A stretch of 64,000 bases of DNA from Minisyncoccota bacterium (GTDB lineage: Bacteria; Patescibacteriota; Minisyncoccia; Phycocordibacterales; UBA9973). Numbering within the stretch: position 1 is the stretch's first letter; each line of letters opens with the position of its first letter. The notes beneath the pieces are model-generated. The model had not been told where the DNA came from. It saw nothing but the letters and a program-made list of their open reading frames with translations, and did not search any database. The DNA lies in the NCBI GenBank assembly GCA_018061145.1, contig JAGOUR010000001.1, positions 875 to 64,874 of the forward strand. Direction: 5' to 3'. Of the stretch, positions 38,359-46,570 are shown in pieces. The position numbers were made by a program, and so were the translations under genes.

Positions 38359-38480
38359 CCCGTTAGAGATAGGAAATGTTTACATTTCCGTATATTTTTA
38401 ATTTCTAGTAAATAATACGACTTTATTTTTTAAACAACCGTAGTTAGAGATAAAACAAACGCATCTCTAACGGGATTCAT
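38354..38480 (-). mobile_element. MITE-like element copy B (127 bp including the ATGAA target duplications) inserted at the ftsW start codon
   Basis: On the minus strand: ATGAAT-CCCGTTAGAGAT ... ATCTCTAACGGG-ATGAAA. Perfect 12-bp inverted repeats. Internal ggaaatgt-aaa-catttcc hairpin (38372-38389). Mini-ORF MNPVRDAFVLSLTTVV at 38430-38480, beginning 2 nt after the mraY stop codon. Confidence 0.55.
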
Positions 38481-38482
38481 AT

Positions 38483-39532
38483 CTAACTTACGAGATACAA
38501 TATGACACCCAAGATAGAAGTGATAATACTCACCACCCAGTACCTCATAACAACTTTGTATTTAGGCCAACCGAGAGCTTCAAAGTGGTGATGCAATGGT
38601 GCAAATAAAAATACTTTTTTACCATTTCTAAATTTACGAGAAATCATCTGTATAATCACAGATAGTGAAGTCATAAACAGAGGGAATGCAATAATTGGTA
38701 ACAATAGAACAGTATCTGTTAAAAATGCAATGACAGACAATGTGACAGTCAGACCCATCATGCCAGTCTCACCCATATAAAAACGCGCAGGCGGTATATT
38801 GAACCAGAGAAATGCAAGTATCCCCCCAGTGACCACAGCACAAAAAGCCGCTAAATCTATCTGCCCATTAAATAACGATATAAATGTATAAGCAGCAAAA
38901 ATAGATGCCAGTACTCCACCAGAGAGTCCATCGATACCATCGATCACACTACCGGACCACACTGCGATCATAACAAATATAAAAACTGGTATAAATAAAA
39001 ATCCAAGTTCTATAAATCCATAGCTCGGTATATACAGAGAGCTGATCCCTAGCTTGCTATAGAACCACCAGCTAATGATCACTCCTAATACTAAAATTAT
39101 AGACAACTTTATAAAACGTAAAATGATTGGATCTTTTCTCCAGACACCTCTACCGAATATCTGTATAAAATCGTCTCCCAACCCTACTAGGGACGCTACA
39201 ATCAAAGTGAACAATGGCAATATAGTCTGCCCACGAGAGATAAAGTACATCTTCTCTGTCCAGAGAGAATTGTAAGAAATATTTAAAATAAGAAATATAA
39301 AAATAGTAAACAATACAGACATCCACACAACCATACCCCCTGTACGAGGAGTAGACAATTCGGCTACACCATCATGGATATTTTGGAATTCACCTTTTGG
39401 TACATTTTCATTGCGAGAAGTATTCTTCCACATTTTATATTTAAAAAAATAATGAGTCAGAATTGGTGTCAAAAAAATACCTGAGATAAAAGATATCGTA
39501 GCCGGTAATAATATTTTTATTGCATTAGTCAT
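38483..39532 (-). CDS. mraY: Phospho-N-acetylmuramoyl-pentapeptide transferase MraY
   Basis: 10-TM MraY pattern and conserved DD motifs (GDDFIQ, SVIDGIDGL). Confidence 0.9.
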   Translation of the reverse strand: MTNAIKILLPATISFISGIFLTPILTHYFFKYKMWKNTSRNENVPKGEFQNIHDGVAELSTPRTGGMVVWMSVLFTIFIFLILNISYNSLWTEKMYFISRGQTILPLFTLIVASLVGLGDDFIQIFGRGVWRKDPIILRFIKLSIILVLGVIISWWFYSKLGISSLYIPSYGFIELGFLFIPVFIFVMIAVWSGSVIDGIDGLSGGVLASIFAAYTFISLFNGQIDLAAFCAVVTGGILAFLWFNIPPARFYMGETGMMGLTVTLSVIAFLTDTVLLLPIIAFPLFMTSLSVIIQMISRKFRNGKKVFLFAPLHHHFEALGWPKYKVVMRYWVVSIITSILGVILYLVS

Positions 39533-40085
39533 TGTTTTGATTGTTGATTGTATTGTTTAATCGAGCGACCACACTCCCATAATCAGGTAGATCTTCTATC
39601 TTTGTCACACCCATATAAGACAGAGTCTCTATCGTCGGCTTGTACAGGACCCTCCTAGTGTCTTTTGTGTCAGATTCTTTTGCCACCAATCCCCTAACGA
39701 GCAAATTGCGGAGAATAAAACTAGAATTCACTCCACGGATATAATCTATCTCACTACGAGTCACGCCCGACCGTCCATCGGTACTAGGTCCATTTTTATA
39801 TAGAACGATAGACAATGTCTCCAGTGACGCCTTTGATAATTCTTTTGTAATTTCATCTTTTCGTAGGGATTCTATAATTGATGAAAGTTCTTTTGATACA
39901 GACATCATGACCTCGTCGCCATTGCGAACAAGGGCCACTCCTCGAGTAGAGAGTGCTTCTGCGAGTAATGCGCACGCACTATCTACGTCCTCTACAGATA
40001 CAGACAAAATATCGGCGATTTTCTTTATCGTCATACTCTCGCCCTTATAAAAAAGTAATCCTTCTATTTTTTGTTCTAAATGCAT
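39525..40085 (-). CDS. scpB: SMC-Scp complex subunit ScpB
   Basis: IEGLLFYKGESMTIKKIADIL and a second winged helix TRSEIDYIRGVNSSFILRNLLVRGLV. Confidence 0.8.
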   Translation of the reverse strand: MHLEQKIEGLLFYKGESMTIKKIADILSVSVEDVDSACALLAEALSTRGVALVRNGDEVMMSVSKELSSIIESLRKDEITKELSKASLETLSIVLYKNGPSTDGRSGVTRSEIDYIRGVNSSFILRNLLVRGLVAKESDTKDTRRVLYKPTIETLSYMGVTKIEDLPDYGSVVARLNNTINNQNND

Positions 40086-40211
40086 AAAATTAATTAAGTG
40101 AATTAAAAGTTGTTAATCGTAGGGGGTTTTGAGGCTGTCGAGCCCCAACTTCAGATATTTTTTAAGATCGATATTTTTTCTGAAAAATCCGTACCCGGAG
40201 ATTAATTACTT

Positions 40212-40967
40212 TTAAGGAACGATTTGCTTACTAATACTCATATCTTCAAAATGATTATTCTGTATCACGTCTATCACACCTTCTCTTACCAATTCTAGCA
40301 TGGCGAGAAATGAAACGATAACATGAACCTTGACCTCTCGATGATCCCCTCCTCCATGACTCTTTGTAAAATCCCGAAATGATAAATTCATCGCATCCTG
40401 TATTCTATCCGTCAGACTATTTATCATCTCATCTATACTCATAACCTTTTTGATCTCTACTTCGGGTAATGGTTCGGCTTTCTTTGGAGTATTTTGCAAT
40501 ACTTCATTTACCAAGTTTGCCATATTGGCAATAGTGATATTTTTATCCGGAGAAAAGATAACTTCATTGAAATTCCTATCCATTGGTGCATGGAAAATCT
40601 GCTGGCCAAAATTCTCACGGACTTTTACGCTCACATCCTTGATGATTTTATATAGAGACAATCTTGATTCTAGATCCACAATCTTTTCCTCTTCATCTTT
40701 TGATAAAGCGAGATTCGGTAGTAGAGATTTTGATTTTATCAAGATCAAAGTAGAAGCGATCAGTATAAAGTACGATACATCTGACACCCTCTTTTCAGTC
40801 GGGATATCAGACATACTTTTGACATAAGATATATAATCATTCGTCACGTCTGACAGTGATATCTCGTTAACAAAAAGCTTCCTACTCTCTATAAGAGAAA
40901 GTAGGAGCTCTAGTGGCCCTTCAAATGAACCTGCTTTTACTTTGTAAAATGTAGCAGTTTCTTCCAT
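40212..40967 (-). CDS. scpA: SMC-Scp complex subunit ScpA (kleisin)
   Basis: FEGPLELLLSLIESRKL N-terminal motif. Confidence 0.75.
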   Translation of the reverse strand: MEETATFYKVKAGSFEGPLELLLSLIESRKLFVNEISLSDVTNDYISYVKSMSDIPTEKRVSDVSYFILIASTLILIKSKSLLPNLALSKDEEEKIVDLESRLSLYKIIKDVSVKVRENFGQQIFHAPMDRNFNEVIFSPDKNITIANMANLVNEVLQNTPKKAEPLPEVEIKKVMSIDEMINSLTDRIQDAMNLSFRDFTKSHGGGDHREVKVHVIVSFLAMLELVREGVIDVIQNNHFEDMSISKQIVP

Positions 40968-40973
40968 ATTATT

Positions 40974-42329
40974 TTAATATCCTTCTCCGTCACCGCTTAG
41001 TCTCTCGTCGATTCTGTTCATGTCACGTGGGAACATGCATGCTTCACGCACATTTTTAAGTCCAAGCAATTGCATTGTGATACGCTCTGCACCAAAAGCA
41101 AAACCTCCTTCGGGTGGTACACCGTATTTGAATGCCTCTAGGAACATCTTTACCTTTGCAGGATCCATACCCCAAGTCTTTACATTTTCCATCAGTTGAT
41201 CGTATTTATTTACACGACGTCCACCAGACAGCCATTCGAGTCCACGGCACAATAGGTCCATACCTTCATTGTATTCTGGCTCTTCAGGATTTGCGTAAAC
41301 ATAAAAAGGTTTTTGACGAGTTGGAAAACCATAGACAAAGACAAAGTCTGAACCTGTCTCATTTTTTACTATCTCACATATCTCTCTTTCATCTTGAGCA
41401 TTCAAATCTTTTTCGCCTCGGACATCACGATTATAGACTTCAAATATTTTTTGCTGAACTTCTCGTAATGAATATGTAGGTGTCTTTTCTATCATCACAG
41501 GCAAAGTAGCATCGAGTAATTTTAAGTGATCTGCGTTTTTCTCTTCTACTTGCTTCAATATATATCTCACAGTATCTTCGGCCATATCACGTACATCCTC
41601 CCAAGAATCGATGAATCCCATTTCAGCATCCAGTGACACTATCTCTGTAAGGTGACGAGTAGTAGAGGATGGCTCTGCACGGAAAACTTTGTTCACAGAA
41701 AAACATCGCTCAAAAGCAGACATGACTATCTGCTTGTAGAGCTGTGGAGATTGTGAGAGGTATGCTCTTTTATCAAAATAATCTATTTGGAAAACTTCTG
41801 CGCCACCCTCAGCAGTAGCAGGTACTATAGAAGGAGCCTGGAATTCAAAGAACATATTCTGCTTCATAAATTCACGGAATGAATCGATGATAGTCTCACT
41901 CACTTTGAATACTGCTTGGATTTTAGGCTGACGTAGCACTAGAGCACGATTATCTAGCTCTGTAGTCAATTCGAGATTATAACCAGTCAAAGACATATCA
42001 AAAGGTAGAGTCTCGGCTTCTGCTAGCACCTCTATACCCTGTATTTCAAGCTCGAGTTCACCATTGAGTACTCCCACTTTTACATTTCTCTCTGGGCGAG
42101 GGTTTACCTTGCCTTTTACTTTTACTACGAATTCACCACGCAGAGTTTTCCCTACTTCTAATGCTTCTGTGTAGTTTGGGAGTATCACACCTTGTACTCG
42201 GCCAGTCATATCGCGGAAATCTAGGAATATCATCTTTCCTTGATCACGGCGCACATCCACCCATCCGGCGATAGTCACCTCTTCACCCATCTTCTTATTT
42301 AAATCTTTTATGTATGTTCTGTTTTTCAT
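40974..42329 (-). CDS. aspS: Aspartate--tRNA ligase, archaeal/eukaryal type (likely non-discriminating), or AsnRS
   Basis: N-terminal OB fold (VTIAGWVDVRRD). Class IIb motif 2 FRAEPSSTTRHLTE and motif 3 GGFAFGAERITMQL. The start is set at MKNRTY; the ORF track begins at a GTG. Confidence 0.7.
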   Translation of the reverse strand: MKNRTYIKDLNKKMGEEVTIAGWVDVRRDQGKMIFLDFRDMTGRVQGVILPNYTEALEVGKTLRGEFVVKVKGKVNPRPERNVKVGVLNGELELEIQGIEVLAEAETLPFDMSLTGYNLELTTELDNRALVLRQPKIQAVFKVSETIIDSFREFMKQNMFFEFQAPSIVPATAEGGAEVFQIDYFDKRAYLSQSPQLYKQIVMSAFERCFSVNKVFRAEPSSTTRHLTEIVSLDAEMGFIDSWEDVRDMAEDTVRYILKQVEEKNADHLKLLDATLPVMIEKTPTYSLREVQQKIFEVYNRDVRGEKDLNAQDEREICEIVKNETGSDFVFVYGFPTRQKPFYVYANPEEPEYNEGMDLLCRGLEWLSGGRRVNKYDQLMENVKTWGMDPAKVKMFLEAFKYGVPPEGGFAFGAERITMQLLGLKNVREACMFPRDMNRIDERLSGDGEGY

Positions 42330-42333
42330 ATTT

Positions 42334-42546
42334 TTAATGTATATATTGAGGAATCTGTTCACACGGATATCCTACGATAAAGGTCAATGCTACGAGTATC
42401 CAGTAAAATGGAGCAAAAGCAAAATAGATAATCTTGTCTTTTTTCCACATCGGCAGATACCACGCCTGAACTTTCATAAATAGCATAGACAAAGGTATGT
42501 TTATGACATTTAAAAGTATCAGCACAATACTAAGGAAGAATTTCAT
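42334..42546 (-). CDS. Small two-TM membrane protein
   Basis: 70-aa hydrophobic ORF immediately downstream of MITE-like element copy C. Confidence 0.3.
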   Translation of the reverse strand: MKFFLSIVLILLNVINIPLSMLFMKVQAWYLPMWKKDKIIYFAFAPFYWILVALTFIVGYPCEQIPQYIH

Positions 42547-42668
42547 CCCGCTTAGAAGCAGATCGCGATCAGCTCGCTTTTTTGCTTGATTATATTAATA
42601 ATATTTTTAAAGCTTTTTTCCATATTTTTGTTTTTTAAATTGCGATCGCGGCTTCTAACGGGATTCAT
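42542..42668 (-). mobile_element. MITE-like element copy C (127 bp) inserted at the start codon of the small membrane protein
   Basis: On the minus strand: ATGAAT-CCCGTTAGAAGC ... CTTCTAAGCGGG-ATGAAA. The interior is unrelated to copies B and D but carries two GCGATCGC palindromes near its ends. Mini-ORF MNPVRSRDRNLKN... (38 aa) at 42552-42668. Confidence 0.5.
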
Positions 42669-42672
42669 ATAA

Positions 42673-43665
42673 TTAAAAGTCTACTCCGACTTTAATACGA
42701 ACATCTTTCATCTTCTTTTCAATCACTGTTCGTGCCTTTGTGCGACCATCTTGTAATATCTTCTTTACTTCATCGATATTGTCTTCGTAGTATTTTCTCT
42801 TGTCTCTCATCGGACCTATGAATGCTATAACGTCAGCTAGGAGTGCCTCTTTTAGATCTTTGTATTTACCCTCGTGCTTTACATATAAATCTTCTAGATA
42901 TGCCTCGTCGCGGAAAAGTTTGTGGATAGCATATACATTCTCTGGTCTCTTTCCGGTAGAATCTGTGACGATACTCATCACTGCCTTCTTTATCTCCTCA
43001 TCTGTGCCGAATAGTGGTATGACATTGTCGTAGCTCTTGCTCATCTTGCGGCCATCGATACCTGGCACGACTGCTACATTGTCCATGATCAAGGCTTCGG
43101 GTAATTTAAAAGTCTCTCCGTATGCATTGTTGAATTTTTGTGCGATATCACGTGCGTATTCGATATGCTGTTTTTGGTCTTGCCCTACTGGTACAATATC
43201 TGAATCTTGGATCAGGATATCTGCCGCCATGAGAACTGGATAGTCGAATAGTCCTACACTAGCCTCCTTGCCCTTTGCCTCAGTATCCTTGTATGCATGT
43301 GCACGCTCTAGGAATGGTACAGTGACCAGACAATTAAAATACCAGCATAGCTCTGTCACCTCGGGTATATCGGACTGCTTGAATAGGCATACCTTCTTTG
43401 GATCAAGTCCACAAGCCAGGTAATCCATAGTAATATTTAGTATTGATTTTGATAGCTTTTCCTTGTCTTGGACTGTAGTGATAGCATGGAGATCAGCTAT
43501 GAATATAGATGTCTCATATTTGTCCTGCAGGTCCACAAACTGTCGAATAGCCCCAAAATAATTGCCGAGATGCATGTCCCCAGTTGGTTTTATACCTGAA
43601 AGTAAAACTTTTTTCATATATCCTATAATACCAAAAAACCAAAACTTTTGCACATATGACAACAA
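42673..43665 (-). CDS. trpS: Tryptophan--tRNA ligase
   Basis: GIKPTGDMHLGNYFG (HIGH) and KMSKS. Confidence 0.9.
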   Translation of the reverse strand: MLSYVQKFWFFGIIGYMKKVLLSGIKPTGDMHLGNYFGAIRQFVDLQDKYETSIFIADLHAITTVQDKEKLSKSILNITMDYLACGLDPKKVCLFKQSDIPEVTELCWYFNCLVTVPFLERAHAYKDTEAKGKEASVGLFDYPVLMAADILIQDSDIVPVGQDQKQHIEYARDIAQKFNNAYGETFKLPEALIMDNVAVVPGIDGRKMSKSYDNVIPLFGTDEEIKKAVMSIVTDSTGKRPENVYAIHKLFRDEAYLEDLYVKHEGKYKDLKEALLADVIAFIGPMRDKRKYYEDNIDEVKKILQDGRTKARTVIEKKMKDVRIKVGVDF

Positions 43666-43711
43666 AAAAGGAAAGCAATTATAATGTTGCTTTCCTTTCG
43701 TAGAATTTCTT

Positions 43712-44257
43712 CTAACTAAGCGTTATGCTTAATTTTTCCTGAATCTTGCTTGTAATCTGTTCCTCGCAATATTCATTAAAGTTTGTACATGCTTTTTTTA
43801 TTGTATCCAAAGTCTCTTCATTTGAAACTTTTTCAAACAATAGATCAGAAAATGAATCTACAATAAATGACAAACAGTCATAATCATCCCTATCTTCTGC
43901 TAAAACTTTATACATTTCTGAAAGCTGAGCAAATGATTGTTTTTTAAGATAATTATTCACAGCCTCGCTTCTTCTCGAAAATAATTCATTACTATTCTCA
44001 CTCAAATCACGATAACAACCATGAATTAATGAAAACAAATTTGAATATTTATCGTCGTCACTAGCAAGATCAGACTGATATTTATCCATCAGTATTTCCC
44101 TGAAGAATAAGATTAACTCCTTATCTTTCTGTGACACATACAATGATTCAATTTGCCTAGTTTTTAAACTTTTGAATGCAACAGCAAGCTGCTCGTCAAC
44201 AAAAGAATCTTTTATCTCAGACTCTTCTGGAATAATCATTTTATCAATTAGTACCAT
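43712..44257 (-). CDS. Hypothetical acidic protein
   Basis: Intact 181-aa ORF; no motif. Confidence 0.3.
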   Translation of the reverse strand: MVLIDKMIIPEESEIKDSFVDEQLAVAFKSLKTRQIESLYVSQKDKELILFFREILMDKYQSDLASDDDKYSNLFSLIHGCYRDLSENSNELFSRRSEAVNNYLKKQSFAQLSEMYKVLAEDRDDYDCLSFIVDSFSDLLFEKVSNEETLDTIKKACTNFNEYCEEQITSKIQEKLSITLS

Positions 44258-44388
44258 AATTATGTATTTTTTCTTTACATTACATCTAATTCATAATTAT
44301 GTCAAACGAATTTTATCCCCATATTATTCACTTAATTATCCTACTTTAGCTGTTTGCGATATTTGATTAGATAAAATAGAATGGAAGG

Positions 44389-45795
44389 ATGGCTATCAAA
44401 AAAGAAAATCTCAGAGTCCCCCCACAGAGTGTGGATTCAGAAAAAGCAGTCCTCGGATCTATCATGCTCCGACCTGGTGCAATACACGAAATCACAGATA
44501 TTATAAACAGTGATTCTTTTTATGCTGGCAAGCATTCTCAAATTTGGAATATCATGAATGAGCTCTCTGCAAAGGGCGAGCCTATCGATCTGATTTCTGT
44601 ATCACATAGACTAGGAGAAAAAGGCATGATCGATCAGGTGGGTGGTATCGGATATCTATCTGAATTGACCAATGCAGTCCCCGCTTCTACAAACATCCGC
44701 CACTATGCAGATATAGTAAATAAAAAGCACGTACTCCGAAAAGTCATCGAGGCTGGATCAGATATTTCCGAGCTCGGTTTCAAAGAAGACATCGAGGATA
44801 TCCTAGATGTAGTGAACCAGGCAGAGAAGCGCATCATGGGAGTAGGTGGATTCTCAAAAGGAAAAACATTTCAATCTCTAAAGGAGTCCCTACCCGAGGC
44901 TTGGGAGCGTCTTGAAAAGCTCCACGAGAATCGTGGTATGCTCCGCGGTGTACCTACAGGATTCCGTGATTTGGACAACCTACTTTCTGGTTTTCAAAAG
45001 TCTGACCTCGTAATCCTCGCGGCTCGTCCATCTGTCGGTAAGACAGCTTTTGCTCTGAACATCGCCCGTCATGCCGCATCAAAGCACCAGATACCTACAG
45101 TCATCTTCTCACTAGAAATGGGAACGCAGCAGCTAGTAGATAGAATGCTCGCCGCTGATGCAAATGTGAATGCATGGAATCTAAGAACTGGAAATATCTC
45201 AGCAGAGAGTGAATTTTCAAAGATTCGCGACTCCCTAGACAAGCTAGCCAAGGCTCCGATCTTTATCGATGATATCGCCGGTAACACTATCGGCCGTATG
45301 CGCTCTGTATGCCGTCGTGTGCACGCCGAGCATGGCATAGGACTGATACTAGTGGACTACCTACAGCTGATGTCTACATCAAAGAGCTATGACAATATGG
45401 TGAACCAAGTGACTGAGATATCTCACTCTCTCAAGGCTCTCGCTAAAGAATTCGACGTGCCAGTCATCGCCCTATCACAGCTATCTCGTGCGGTGGAACA
45501 GCGTGGAGGCAAGCCTCGTCTGTCTGACCTCCGTGACTCTGGATCCATCGAGCAGGACGCCGACGTCGTGATGTTCATCCACCGCGAAGACAAGGGCAAG
45601 GATGAGAGTGAGCGTACAAATATCGCCGAGATACTAGTGGAAAAACACCGTAATGGACCAGTGGGTCATGTACAGCTATACTTTGATGATAAACTCGGAG
45701 CGTTCCTAGACCTTGAAAAAGGTAATCTAAATGGTTTTGCAGCAATGGCAAATTCTCAAATATCATCACCTCAAAATGGATTGGATGGATTTTAG
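44389..45795 (+). CDS. dnaB: Replicative DNA helicase DnaB
   Basis: Walker A ARPSVGKTAF, DYLQLM and SQLSR motifs; N-terminal DnaB domain. Confidence 0.9.
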   Translation: MAIKKENLRVPPQSVDSEKAVLGSIMLRPGAIHEITDIINSDSFYAGKHSQIWNIMNELSAKGEPIDLISVSHRLGEKGMIDQVGGIGYLSELTNAVPASTNIRHYADIVNKKHVLRKVIEAGSDISELGFKEDIEDILDVVNQAEKRIMGVGGFSKGKTFQSLKESLPEAWERLEKLHENRGMLRGVPTGFRDLDNLLSGFQKSDLVILAARPSVGKTAFALNIARHAASKHQIPTVIFSLEMGTQQLVDRMLAADANVNAWNLRTGNISAESEFSKIRDSLDKLAKAPIFIDDIAGNTIGRMRSVCRRVHAEHGIGLILVDYLQLMSTSKSYDNMVNQVTEISHSLKALAKEFDVPVIALSQLSRAVEQRGGKPRLSDLRDSGSIEQDADVVMFIHREDKGKDESERTNIAEILVEKHRNGPVGHVQLYFDDKLGAFLDLEKGNLNGFAAMANSQISSPQNGLDGF

Positions 45796-45809
45796 CGGAA
45801 AGTAAGGAT

Positions 45810-45937
45810 ATGAATCCCGTTAGAGATGTGCTTGTCATATTTCTAACATTAGTTGGTACATAAAATAAAGTCGTATTATTTACTAGAAATTAAAAAAATA
45901 CGGTAATGTAAACATTACCTATCTCTAACGGGATGAA
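45810..45937 (+). mobile_element. MITE-like element copy D (128 bp including the ATGAA target duplications) inserted at the recR start codon
   Basis: ATGAAT-CCCGTTAGAGAT(45816-45827) ... ATCTCTAACGGG(45921-45932)-ATGAAC. Internal ggtaatgt-aaa-cattacc hairpin (45902-45919). Mini-ORF MNPVRDVLVIFLTLVGT at 45810-45863. The interior is about 85% identical to copy B. Confidence 0.55.
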
Positions 45938-46541
45938 CCAAATAGAAATACTCGCACAACTTTTCAAGGAATTCCCAGGTATTGGCGAAAGACAAGCCAA
46001 GCGTTTTGTGTATTTTCTATTGCACAAAAATCCTACATATATCCGAGAGCTCAGTGATGCGATAGTCGCAGTCAAAAATACAATAAAGCAATGCCCATCC
46101 TGCTATCTATTCTTTCAGTCTGAGCGCGATAGTCTGTGTGATACTTGCCGTGATCCAAAGACGGATCATACTTCCCTGCTAATCATCGAAAAAGATGCAG
46201 ATCACGAGAGCATTAAAAAGAGCAAGAATTATAGTGGTATGTATTTCATCCTAGGCGGATTGATACCGATCGTCACCAAAGACACACCGAACTTTGTCCG
46301 AGTGAACGAACTGATGCGAGTGATTGAGAATAGATTCAAGAATGAAGGTCTAAAAGAAATCATCATTGCCCTATCGCTAAATCCTCAAGGCGAGAATACT
46401 GACACATATATTCGTGAATTACTAAATAGTTATGATGGCAAGATAAAGATATCGAGCCTGGGCCGTGGACTATCCACAGGATCCGAGCTCGAATATGCCG
46501 ACAGTGAGACAATAAAAAACGCCCTACGCAATCGTTCCTGA
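45933..46541 (+). CDS. recR: Recombination protein RecR
   Basis: N-terminal FPGIGERQAKRFVYFLL HhH motif, C4 zinc finger CPSC...CDTC, Toprim domain. Confidence 0.9.
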   Translation: MNQIEILAQLFKEFPGIGERQAKRFVYFLLHKNPTYIRELSDAIVAVKNTIKQCPSCYLFFQSERDSLCDTCRDPKTDHTSLLIIEKDADHESIKKSKNYSGMYFILGGLIPIVTKDTPNFVRVNELMRVIENRFKNEGLKEIIIALSLNPQGENTDTYIRELLNSYDGKIKISSLGRGLSTGSELEYADSETIKNALRNRS

Positions 46542-46570
46542 TTACGTAGGGTGTTTTCTTTGATTTTAAT

